From Nageia nagi (taxonomy: Eukaryota; Plantae; Pinophyta), in NCBI GenBank assembly GCA_050084985.1, contig JBITNC010000002.1, forward strand, positions 17,794,001 to 17,858,000: DNA of 64,000 bases, read 5' to 3'. The position numbers and the translations under genes were made by a program. Shown here piece by piece: positions 54,125 to 64,000 of the stretch; position 1 is the first letter of the stretch; every line of letters begins with the position of its first letter. The notes under the pieces were generated by a model. That model ran no database searches and was not told the DNA's origin. It was given only the letters and a program-made list of their open reading frames with translations.

Positions 54125-54214
54125 GAAATACCCAATAACAGTATTTTTTCATACCAATCACATGCAGATTGAAAAATATGGAACGAATTGGGACTTTGGG
54201 TACAGAATTGTTAC

Positions 54215-54315
54215 CTTGTGGAAACACATTCAGTACGAATTTTCTGGGTCTCTTCTCCCGTGCCCTTGTTTGCATTCTTCACTTTGACAGCTTCAGAATT
54301 TATTGGATTAGCCAT
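54215..54315 (-). CDS. MTM1: MTM1-like carrier, candidate exon 3 (matrix loop), phase conflict with next exon
   Basis: TTTAG|ATG, open for 33 codons (MANPINSEAVKVKNANKGTGEETQKIRTECVST) plus 2 nt, then donor AAG|GTAACA; ends phase 2 while the next acceptor is phase 0. Confidence 0.5.
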
Positions 54316-54815
54316 CTAAACTACATCCATTATATCAGATGTTGGATCTCCGTTCAAGCGGAGTTACTGTGTGACAGATCAACAGCAGTAATCTTGCGAG
54401 TTAATGCGATATGACGGTGGGAGTGCCCTAAACTCGAATCTGCTACCATGCAGGACAATTCTATTGATGAACCATAGCAGCTATCCGCGCATTTTTAGAG
54501 CTCCTCAATATCAATATAATATAATATTAGTATTAAATTGTTTAATTAAAATTTAATAAAATAACAATTGATTCCTGTGATAGATCATAAGTTGTCAAGG
54601 TACATTTGGTTGCATGTCCTTCCAATAATCTCTGTTATTAAATTATTTTGTATAGATTAATTAAATAATAATAATTAAATTATAAAAATAGTAATAGTTC
54701 AAATCTATCAATCTCTAATAAAAATCTTTCGCAACAACTAAACCAAAAAAGGTTTTTCTCCATATCAAATACTTATAGAGATCTTTAAAATTATAAATTG
54801 ATACAGAAGACTTGC

Positions 54816-54887
54816 CTCAGTTGATCTAATTGTTGGGATGTTGTGTTGAGAAAGGGCTGCCCGGCCTGCCTGCGCTTGCAGCCTCGT
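54816..54887 (-). CDS. MTM1: MTM1-like carrier, exon 2
   Basis: Acceptor TTTTCAG; TRLQAQAGRAALSQHNIPTIRSTE continues motif 1; ends at a non-canonical donor GAG|GCAAGT. Confidence 0.8.
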
Positions 54888-54976
54888 CTGAAAACGGAAG
54901 CATGGTGTTTTCTCAGACTGAATAGGTATAATATATTAATATATATATATACGAACTGATAAAAGGAAATTAATAC

Positions 54977-55117
54977 CTTAATGACGTCTAATGGATTGAA
55001 AATAACGGCTGAAAGAAGAGCAGCACCTGCACCTGCAAATGCTCTCTCCCTCAATCCAATGTTGTGGATATTATTTTCATTGAATTTGAATGGATGATGA
55101 AGGGTTTGCTCTGTCAT
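54977..55117 (-). CDS. MTM1: Mitochondrial carrier (MTM1/SLC25A39-40-like), exon 1
   Basis: ATG 55117; 47 aa ending AFAGAGAALLSAVIFNPLDVIK (carrier motif PX[DE]XX[KR]); donor AAG|GTATTA, phase 0. Confidence 0.9.
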
Positions 55118-55164
55118 TTTTTAACACAAACAGTGGTGGTGTTCTTTTGAACAGAGGAGAGCCA

Positions 55165-55242
55165 TTATATAAATGGGAGACTATGCTGCCATATGGAGGG
55201 CCACGTCATTCTATTAGTTGATGGAATACTTGGATAACACGT
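55165..55242 (-). promoter_or_regulatory. Putative core promoter of the carrier gene: TATA box plus two ACGT boxes
   Basis: On the minus strand: TATATAA at 55171-55165 (~50 nt before ATG), TGACGTGGC at 55208-55200, ACGTGT at 55242-55237 (G-box/ABRE-like). Confidence 0.5.
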
Positions 55243-55799
55243 AATAAGCAAAAGATTTTCTTTTAGGGAGTTGAGGATTGAAGGGGTTTGAACGTATTGG
55301 GAGCTTCTTCGGAGAGAGAGTCATTTCAGCGTTTGGAGATTTTTTTTTAAAGGTAAATTTAATTAATTATAAGTTTTTAATGTTAAAATATGTGTGGGTG
55401 AAATAAATTATATTTGTTTATAATTTAAATTAGTTAAAATTGATCAAGTTAAACGAATAGTCAAAGTTAATTTGATTCAAGTACTATTATCAATGTGAGC
55501 TTCTTTCACCAGTTTCTAGTCGATTTTGTGTGCAACCTAAAGATGATAGATGTTTATAATTTGTAACAAATTTGGTTGAAGGATAGCCTTTTGCAATTTC
55601 ATTATGTATCTACATTAATTTTAATTGTAAGTTAGGAAATCAAAACAATCATAATTTCATGGACAAATATTAAAGGTTCGGAGTCACACATAGCCAAAAT
55701 GGTTAAACATTTCACTAAAATAAAATTAAGAAACTGCAACCCATAGAAAATACGAGATCTTAGTAATCAATCCCTTGGTCCACACCTTTTCCTAAAAAA

Positions 55800-56450
55800 T
55801 ATTTCTTCTATCGTTCATATTCGAATTAACCCAATTGTATCCTAACCTTACATATTATTATTTCTTCTCTCCTTTTATACTTATCCAATGTAAAACATCA
55901 TGGTTTCTCTCATGGATAAATATTGTATCTTTCCATCATTCTTCTAATTGCATTCAATTGGTTTTCAATTTCTACATGAGGTGGTGGGGGAATGAACCAA
56001 GATGCATTGATGTCCTCCCTTCTAATATATTCATAGACCTTAACTCCAGTATTTGGTTTCACCCAAATTGAAGTTGGTTTGAAGTTGTTTTATTGAGCCA
56101 ATGGGACTTTGCTAATCCATGGATCATCCTAAAAATAAACCTTTTATCCAATATTCACCTTTCATTTAGTTTTACCCCATAAAATGTTTTTGATGTCTAC
56201 AAGCCCATTACAAAAGGCCAATCCCTTGGGCAAGATTGATATGTTCATAAAGTTAGATCCTCCTTCCATATATTTTGACTTGTAGGTCTTGATTTATTCA
56301 TTATTTGTTACAAAATTTTCAAGCTAATTTAATTCATAGAGTTTGGTTTCCCTAGTTCATCACCATGATACCAAGTCTCTCCTCCTTTTTCATGCAAACC
56401 TTTTCCTATGTAGTAAAGGCCAACCTTCTTTTCTCCTTAACTCTTATCCA
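55800..56450 (-). mobile_element. LINE ORF2 C-terminal fragment
   Basis: Degenerate KVNIG.KVYF.DDPWI motif of plant L1 ORF2; heavily decayed. Confidence 0.4.
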
Positions 56451-58789
56451 TATAAATATAACATATATCTAATTTATTTTTTCTACTAACAATGTTGGGA
56501 TTTTATATATAGTGGTCATGTGTAGAGGCTATAAAATCACAACATAAATATATTTTCTATATACACATAAAAAATAGAATACTTTTTATTTAAAATTCCA
56601 TACACTTAATTTAGAACAGTGCAATGTATCTTAGGGACTCAATTTTCCACTCAGGTGTTGCAAACATATATACATGCAAAAATGCAAACTCGTACTCTTT
56701 CAATGACGAATGCATTTATTGAATTGATAACTCACCAAAGGGTTCATTAGTTAGGCATTTCCCTCATTGAGATTCAATTCATAACTCCCTAAGTGTAGTC
56801 TATTTAGTGTTGCCCATGAAGTTACAAATGCACTTAAACGAGTACATCCTCATGAAACAATGCATCACATGACATTTCCTATCAAGGGACTCATAAATTA
56901 TTCATCCACAATGTCAAACACTAGGCAACTGTGGTTGTTTAATCAATGGAATTACCTATACCTCTCATATATATATTTGGTTTTACTCTTTTTACTTAAC
57001 CTCACCCTTAAACCCAACATATACCCATGATACTAGGTTATTCCATATGGATTGTTTTCTAAAGGAGGGTAGAAGTATTAAGTCATGCATTTAACTCACA
57101 AGGTTCCTTTAGGAATCAAACAACCTATATACAATAGTACATTTTCTAATAGGATTCTATCTATCTTACATAGGCCTTAGAATTAATCATTTATCGTGCA
57201 TTTATCAGACTTATTATTTTGTTAACTTTCATTTTTGATTTAATACCACACCAATTTACTACAACCTTGGGGTAAGGCATCTTAAGTCCTAAGGCCAACC
57301 CTTAGGTGAGGGTGATTTAAGGAGTTATACTCCTACACTCTAAACCTCATTTTGTTTGATTAGTAACTTGATACATTGCTCTATCTTGATCTAGCATCTG
57401 GTCATAACCTTTCACAAGATAATCATTATTTTACATAATTATTTTCCATAAGAATATTTTTAACTTAAGCTCTAATTCCTTGGCCATAGTTCAAGTATAA
57501 ATAGTTTAATAATCATTAAGATATGTTCTAGTTTTTTATTCAAGGATTACTAAGTTTTCAACCAAGCAAACCAACAATACAATAAAAATAGCCCATTATC
57601 ACCCATAGCATGCAAACAAATGTAACAACAACAAAATGTCAACTTGTGCATAGATGGTCACCATGACCATTAAAGGATCACATGATTCTGTTAGAATTTG
57701 TAATGAAATATTGTGAATATCTAAACTCCTTGTAAATTCAATTAATCATTTAAAGGTATGTAGATACCTTAAGTGATTAATAGAATTCTTTAATATGTAG
57801 ACTTTGACTTTACCAAAGGAGTTAGTTGGTAGGTTGAAGTTTGGTGGTACATTTAATGTAACCCTAACCTTACCCTTGGGTTAAAGGAAGGTTAGGGAGG
57901 TGCTCTCAACCTATAAATAGAGGGCCTCTCCTCATGTAAACATATCTAAGTTTTGAGTAAGATTACTCTACTTGGTTGTGTAGGAGAGAGTTAGAGAATA
58001 GTTGTAAGAGAGACATAGATTTGAGAATAAGAGAACTAGTTGTGGATGTACTCCCAAGGAGGGAGGAACCACATTATATTGATGTGTTATCTTGAGTGAT
58101 TGTGTTATCTTGTGTACACTTGAGTTTCCTAGTCTAAGGTCCTAGAGGATTTGTTTAGATCTAGTTCAAATCCTTCAATTGGTATCAGAGCCACGTTGAG
58201 GAAGCTCTTTTGGTGTGGAAGCTACATCTTGGAAGTGCTTCATCCTTCTCAACTTTGGAGATCTTCATTCTTCATTGTGAGGTAAAAGGTTTGCAAAGGT
58301 ATAACCTTCTATCCTTCTTTAACAAAGTTCATTATGATACTAATCTTTTGTATGATTATGCTAGCTTAATGTCTTAGCAATACCATAATATATTTTTGCT
58401 ATTCTCTTCTTACTAACAAACTTTTATGTTAGTAATCTAATTTTAATGTACAAAGAAAATGTTTTTTTTCTTTTGAGCAAAAATATATTATGCTAGCATC
58501 TTATTGAAAAGATTTTTTACAATAGTATTTTGTGAAAAATATCATAAAAAAAAAGGGACGAAGATGCATTTTTTTACATATTTTATTGTTGAAATAAAGT
58601 GGAGGACTTTATTTACAAGATTTTTACATATTTAAATAATTAGAGGCAATTATTTAAAATTTAAAGCAAATATGAGGCTCATTTTTTATTGTTGAAATAA
58701 AAAATGCAAGACTTTACAATTTTTTTTTAAATATTTACAATATTTTTATATATATAATATTTATCAAAAATTATAAAATGTTGGGGGGG

Positions 58790-59305
58790 CACAAATTTGA
58801 ATGGGTCTGTAAATTGTTTGACAAAATGCCTCATCTAGATGCAGTCTTGTTTCCTCCTCTGTAATGAGCACAGGATATGCACCAACGTATCTTCCTTTGC
58901 AAAGGAGATAAGGAGAGGAAAGGTCAGAAGCTAGTCCATTCACATTGGTGATTTTGAAAGCCCACGGATGATTTCCACAGCCAGCCCGTGCCCCTCACGC
59001 GTAGGAACTAGACCACCTCGCTGTCTCCTTCGTTGTCTCCCTCTCTACGTTGCAAAGCCTCCTCCTCTCCTCTGCAGCGAGGAAGTCACGTGAATTGTTT
59101 GAATCGATGGATGATAAAGCAAGCGTTACATGGACTACCTGATCGCAGGATCTACACAAAACGTGAATTGTTTGACAGAGTACATGCTGCAGATAGTTTC
59201 GTGGACTGCTATGGTCAACAGATATGCACCAAACGACTACGTTGAAACGCTCTACGATGCGATGCATGGTGCAGACAATGATTCGTGGACTACTCTGCTG
59301 CGTCT
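58790..59305 (+). pseudogene. Captured PLS-class PPR gene fragments in the Copia leader
   Basis: KLFDKMPHLDAV..GYAP; TYLPLQ..KLVHSH; RELFESMDDKASVTWTT/LIAGSTQN; RELFDRVHAAD/SWTAMVNRYAPN; LYDAMHGADNDSWTTLL. Confidence 0.75.
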
Positions 59306-60319
59306 CCCCTCCTCTTAGTTCCTGGACAGCCAATGATCGCAGGATAGGCATAAAATGGAGGGTCTCCCTCCTCCCTCGCCCTCAGCACTGGCCTCTGTCA
59401 CCCCCGAACTCCTTCCACGCAGCCTCCTCCCTCGTGCGCGCACCGTCGTGCGCCTTGACTGGCCAGCCTCCTACCAGCCACGATGCGCAGCAGGCTCCTC
59501 CCTCTGCCTACTCCCTCCTCGCGCGAGCTGGCCTCACCTCCGGCTGTGTCTCCCTCCTCTCCTCACGTGCTCCTCCTCTCAGTAGACCAGACTCCTCTGA
59601 GCTACATCCTCCCTCCACATCTCTGCTCCACTCACTTGGACTGCGCCTTCTTCCTCCTCTCTCTGCACTGCTCTGCTCATACGCACATTGGCTACGTTTT
59701 GTGGATTGGAGGATCTGAAACTATGTTTAGTTCCAGCTTTGCCAAGCAAATGGTCTTCCACCATGATCCTCCTCACATGTGCCATGTGTCAGGAAAACCC
59801 ACGCTTTGTCTTGGTGAAAGGAGCCTCCATGCAAGTCCTCCTCCTTCCCACGGTCAAGGTTGATGGCTGCCCACTCCTTCCAAGTCACCTTAAATGCCTT
59901 AGTTTTGTTTTTTGACCACCTACATATTTTCACTTCCAAAAAGCAACGTGTCTTTTTTGTGGAAAGAACAAGGGGGGGTCATATTTTACACCTACTAAGC
60001 ATTTAATGATTATTGACTTAGGACAAAGCATTACAAATCATTTAAAATAGGGGTATGGGTCTCCTATTACCACTTGCACACTTATTCCTATTAGGCATTT
60101 TTTTTCTTCCTTCCAAGTCACTTGCTCCCATTAAATGCCCATAGGAGTCTTTAGACTATTTCTAATATTCTACTCCCCATTGCATGTTTAATTTAACTGC
60201 ATATGCACTCTCTAAGCATGGTTAAAAGGGCTAACACTTTAAGTAAAAAGGGGGGCCTTGGTATAAATTTTTTACTTAAATTTTATCTAGATGCATGTAT
60301 CTTATTTGAAGACTAAAAC

Positions 60320-60475
60320 ATGCTTAGGACTTAAATTTTTAATGCATGATGCATGCTTACTTAAATTTTAAGTCATGATAGAATGCATGTTATAAATATG
60401 CTTAGGACTTAAATTTTTAATGCATGATGCATGCTTACTTAAATTTTTAAGTCATGAATAATGCATGTTATGAAT
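60320..60475. repeat. 78-bp tandem duplication in the Copia leader
   Basis: atgcttaggacttaaatttttaatgcatgatgcatgcttacttaaa.. at 60320 and 60398. Confidence 0.85.
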
Positions 60476-61266
60476 TAAATACTAAGTAGGACTTAGTTCT
60501 TATGTTTAATTCATTAAGTGCTTTGAGCAAAATATGAACAATGTAACAGTCCTTTAGGGGTTAGAACAAAACCCATTGGACTCAATTTTTGGCCTTTTTA
60601 AGGTTTCAAGTTCGTGTGGATGGAGTATTTTTCACCTTACTTTATATTTTTTGCACATTTGCTTATACTTGCAATACGCAAAAATGTGAAAAGTAACCCC
60701 TAAAATGAATACATCCGCACGTATTTTCCACAACATGACTTGTTTGGGGAGCCATGAGGTGAGGACAGGGCAGACTGGAGCCCTTTTAGTCCGAAGAACC
60801 AAGTGGTGGTAAGTCCGTCTTAATTGCCCCTAAGACCTCTGTTGGATTGGACATAACTCTATTAGGTGGACAGGCATGTGTGTAGTGATACCACATGTCC
60901 GCACATCCATTCAGGGATTATCCTGATAACCTAGGAGGAAAACTGAAACCCTTAATCAAGATAATTAAAATGGCCGGTCCAAGATACGTCGGATCCTTGG
61001 AAAATAGTAAGTACTTCTCCTTGTGAGAGTATATCACTGACCAAGGTGAACTGGTTGAGGACTGGTAGTACCTGGGCTCCACCTTGCGGGCATCCAGGTG
61101 AAGGCCTAATTCTATACAAGAAAACAACCCCAACTTTATCCTTCTATGGATCGTGGTTAATGAGGTTACACATGTGGGACATGTTTGCTTATTAGATGTT
61201 TTATATGTATAGAAAAATTGTAAAAGTTTGCATTCTTATTTGCATATTTATTTGTTTTTTGTAGCA

Positions 61267-64000
61267 ATGGTTGAAACCTTCGTTCCCAAGCACATACTCG
61301 ATGGTTCCAACTTTGGAATATGGGAACCACGTATGAAAGCCGAGTTACAAGCAAGAAAGCTATGGCAGACAGTTAGTGAAGATGCGGTTGCTCCTACCGA
61401 TGAGAAGGCTCTTGAAGTATACAACTCAAAGAATGAGTTAGCAACTTCTATGATTTACCGTGCAGTTTCAGATGATGTCCTTCTCATGATTTCTTCATCA
61501 ACTTCAGCAAAGGAAGCTTGGGATAGGTTAAAGAAAATCTACCTTGGGTCCAAATTTTCAAGAAGGTTTACCATTCTACAAAAGTTGTTGCAGTATCGTC
61601 AAAGTGAAGATGAAAGTGCCTCCATCTACTTAAACAAAATCATTGACCTCAGGACACAACTGGTTGGTTGTGGATGCAACTGGATCAATGATGAGTTCAT
61701 GGTCTTCATCATTCTATAAAGCCTTACTACAAAGTTCAGCAACTTTGTCACAGTTATGGAAACAAGGCTCGATGATGAAGAAGATGTCATCTCACTTGAT
61801 AACCTTTCAATACTTCTTCTAAAGCATGAGGAAACTTTGAACAAGAAAATGTTGAACCTTTCTCCAAAGGACCATAGCATTGCTCTAGGAGCAACCAAAA
61901 CTCCTTTCAAGAAAAAGTTCAAACATTACAAATTCAAAGACAACAAGTCCTCATCTACCTTCAGGAAGTATGAAAAAAAGGGCAACAACAACAACAATCA
62001 TGGCAACTACAGGCACAGGAATGATAAAGCAGGATCAAGCAATCCAACACCTCAAGAAAAGTTTGATGGGAATTGTAACTTCTGTGGCATCTTTGGGCAT
62101 AAAGAGTATGATTGTCGCAAAAAGAAATTTGCTCAAAAAGGAAAGGGAAATGCAAATGTGAGAAATTTCAATAATAAAAAGAAGAACAAGCATGCTGCTT
62201 CTGTTGCCTACTACTCAATGACTCAAACTATTTCAAATGACTGGATTGTTGATACAGGATGCACTAATCACATGTGTTATGAAAAAGATAAGTTTGAAAA
62301 CTTTCATAAGTACAAAAAGGATGCAGTTGTGATAGGTGATAATACAGTCCTTGATGTTCACGGAATAGGAAGTGTGAAGATTCATGGAAAGACTCTTGAC
62401 AATGTCTTTTATGTGCCTAAACTAAGGATGAATCTCATCTCCGTGATTCAAATTACAAGGAAAGGATGCTCATTTGAGTTTACCTCACACTCTTGGTGTG
62501 TTAAGAAAGGACTTGCCACTTTGATGAAAGGATCAGTAAAGAATGACCTTTATATTGTGGATCAAGTACCTTCAAAGATTTGTCTTGCTACAAATGTTTG
62601 TTCAAAAGGTAATCTTTGGCATCAATGATTAGGACACCTTAACCACAAGAGTATTCAAGCTATGAAAACTCAAGAACTTATGGAAGGTTTACCTAATATT
62701 TCACCCACAGTTGGTCTTTGTGAAAGGTGCATTCTAGGAAAGATGCATAGGCAAAAGTTTGAAAAAGATAAGGCAACTCGGGCTACTTGTCCTCTTTAGC
62801 TTGTGCATTCAGATTTGATGGGTCCTTTTCAGACTAAGTCACTAGGTGGAGCTTCTTATGTTCTGACCTTCATTGATGACTTCAGTAGGATGACATTTGG
62901 TTATCTACTTGAGCACAAGGATCAAACTTTTGACAGGTTTCAAGACTTCAAGGCACTTGTTGAAAATCAAACTGATTTTAAGATCAAAATGCTGAGATCT
63001 GACAATGGGGGTGAATATAATAGCAATGAGTTTAACAACTTTTGTGTTAAACACGGGATTAAGCGACAATTCACAATCCCATACACCCCTCAGCAAAATG
63101 GAGTTGCTGAAAGGAAGAATCGCACCATTATGGAAATGGCAAGATGCATGTTGGGTAACCTTCCTAGTTTCTTATGGGGCGAAGCTATTCACACTGCTAT
63201 TCACACCCTAAATAGGTGTCCTACTAAGGCAGTTGAAGGTAAAACTCCATATGAAGCATGGACAGGAAAGAAACCTAACCTCTCACACTTCAGGGTCTTC
63301 GGTTGTGATGCATTTGCCTTCATTACCTCAGAGAAAAGAAAGAAGCTAGATAAACGATCAGAAAAATGCATCTTTGTGGGGTATGATAATCAGCATAGAG
63401 GTTACAGGCTCTACTCTTCATCCCATAAAATAGTCTTTGTTTCTAGGGATGTTAAGTTCAATGAACTTTCTGAGGATACGACCTCTCATGCTGAAGTGTC
63501 TGATACAGATGATTCCTCGCCTGCACCTAACTGGTTGGATGATCATGTAGAGAAGTCACCACAAGAGCAAAATTATCCAGCACAGAGAATTACAAGAAGT
63601 ATGACCTTGAATAAATCCTTATTTGCCAAAATTGATAATATGCATGAGCCATCCACCTTCAAAGAAGCTTCCAAGCAAGAGTGTTGGATGGAAGCTATGA
63701 ATGTTGAGTATGAGGCGCTCATAAAAAATGAAACTTGGGATTTAGTTCCTTATCCCAATGAGAAAAATGTGATTGGCAATAAATGGATATACAAGGTCAA
63801 GTACAATTCTGATGGAAACATTGAAAAATACAAGGCAAGGTTAGTAGCCAAAGGATTCGCTCAGAAATATGGTATTGATTATGAGGAAACCTTTGCTCCT
63901 GTAGCCAAGATGCCTACTGTCAGAATAATTCTTGCTCTTTCTGCAGCTCAAGGATGGAAAGCTTTTCAACTTGATGTCAAAAGTGCATTTCTCAATGGTG
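61267..64000 (+). pseudogene. Copia gag-pol (gag, CCHC knuckle, PR, IN, start of RT) with three in-frame stops
   Basis: SAKEAWDRLK, CNFCGIFGHKEYDC, WIVDTGCTNHM, HSDLMGP, LRSDNGGEY, QQNGVAERKNR, KARLVAKGF, QLDVKSAFLNG; stops at 61717, 62626 and 62797; no frameshift seen. Confidence 0.93.

Larger units (their letters stand above)
43410..54150 (-). mobile_element. L1-type LINE, near full length, decayed, sense to the host gene, with three nested solo LTRs
   Basis: ORF1 TVIGYFLDR..VPVWVDFPNLP; APE WNIRGL, WILCGDFN, FTWSN..RLDR; RT KAPGLDGF, WSPITLLN, IDFEKAYN, RQGCPLAP, FADD; zf-RVT CKNC..H.FWDC; AATAAA and short poly(A) near 43410. Confidence 0.9.
57689..64000 (+). mobile_element. Ty1/Copia LTR retrotransposon, 3' part outside the window
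   Basis: 5' LTR 57689-58177 (TG..CA, TATAAATA ~57912); perfect PBS TGGTATCAGAGC 58180-58191; ~3.1-kb leader; gag-pol from 61267. Confidence 0.93.

Noticed and set aside
57684-57694. GATTC|TGTTAG identical to the flank and start of the element at 4711
   Set aside because: The LTRs are unrelated beyond TGTTAG and belong to different superfamilies; treated as coincidence
59224-59939. Cluster of 70-160 aa ORFs as a host gene
   Set aside because: Low-complexity CT-rich tract in the Copia leader; open frames are expected from composition and show no domain motifs

Overview
AT-rich eukaryotic plant DNA. The TE families and giant introns suggest a conifer/gymnosperm (inference). One host gene was reconstructed by hand: a minus-strand mitochondrial carrier of the MTM1/SLC25A39-40 family (ATG 55117 to TGA 12472; 10 in-frame exons, 337 aa). 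A likely 11th exon (54315-54215) is 1 nt out of phase. The gene spans about 42.6 kb because five introns of 4.7-10.9 kb are packed with TEs: an L1 LINE with three nested solo LTRs, a hAT transposon, a hAT MITE, Copia/Gypsy remnants, a PMD remnant and a long-TIR element. Downstream lie a tRNA-derived SINE, a pol-less Gypsy element carrying a very young 2.6-kb gag-only LTR element, and a Penelope-like (Dryad-type) element ending in a decayed minimal hammerhead ribozyme. Upstream, a Copia element runs off the window edge; its ~3-kb leader carries captured PLS-type PPR fragments and possible splice sites. All calls come from manual reading; no searches were run.
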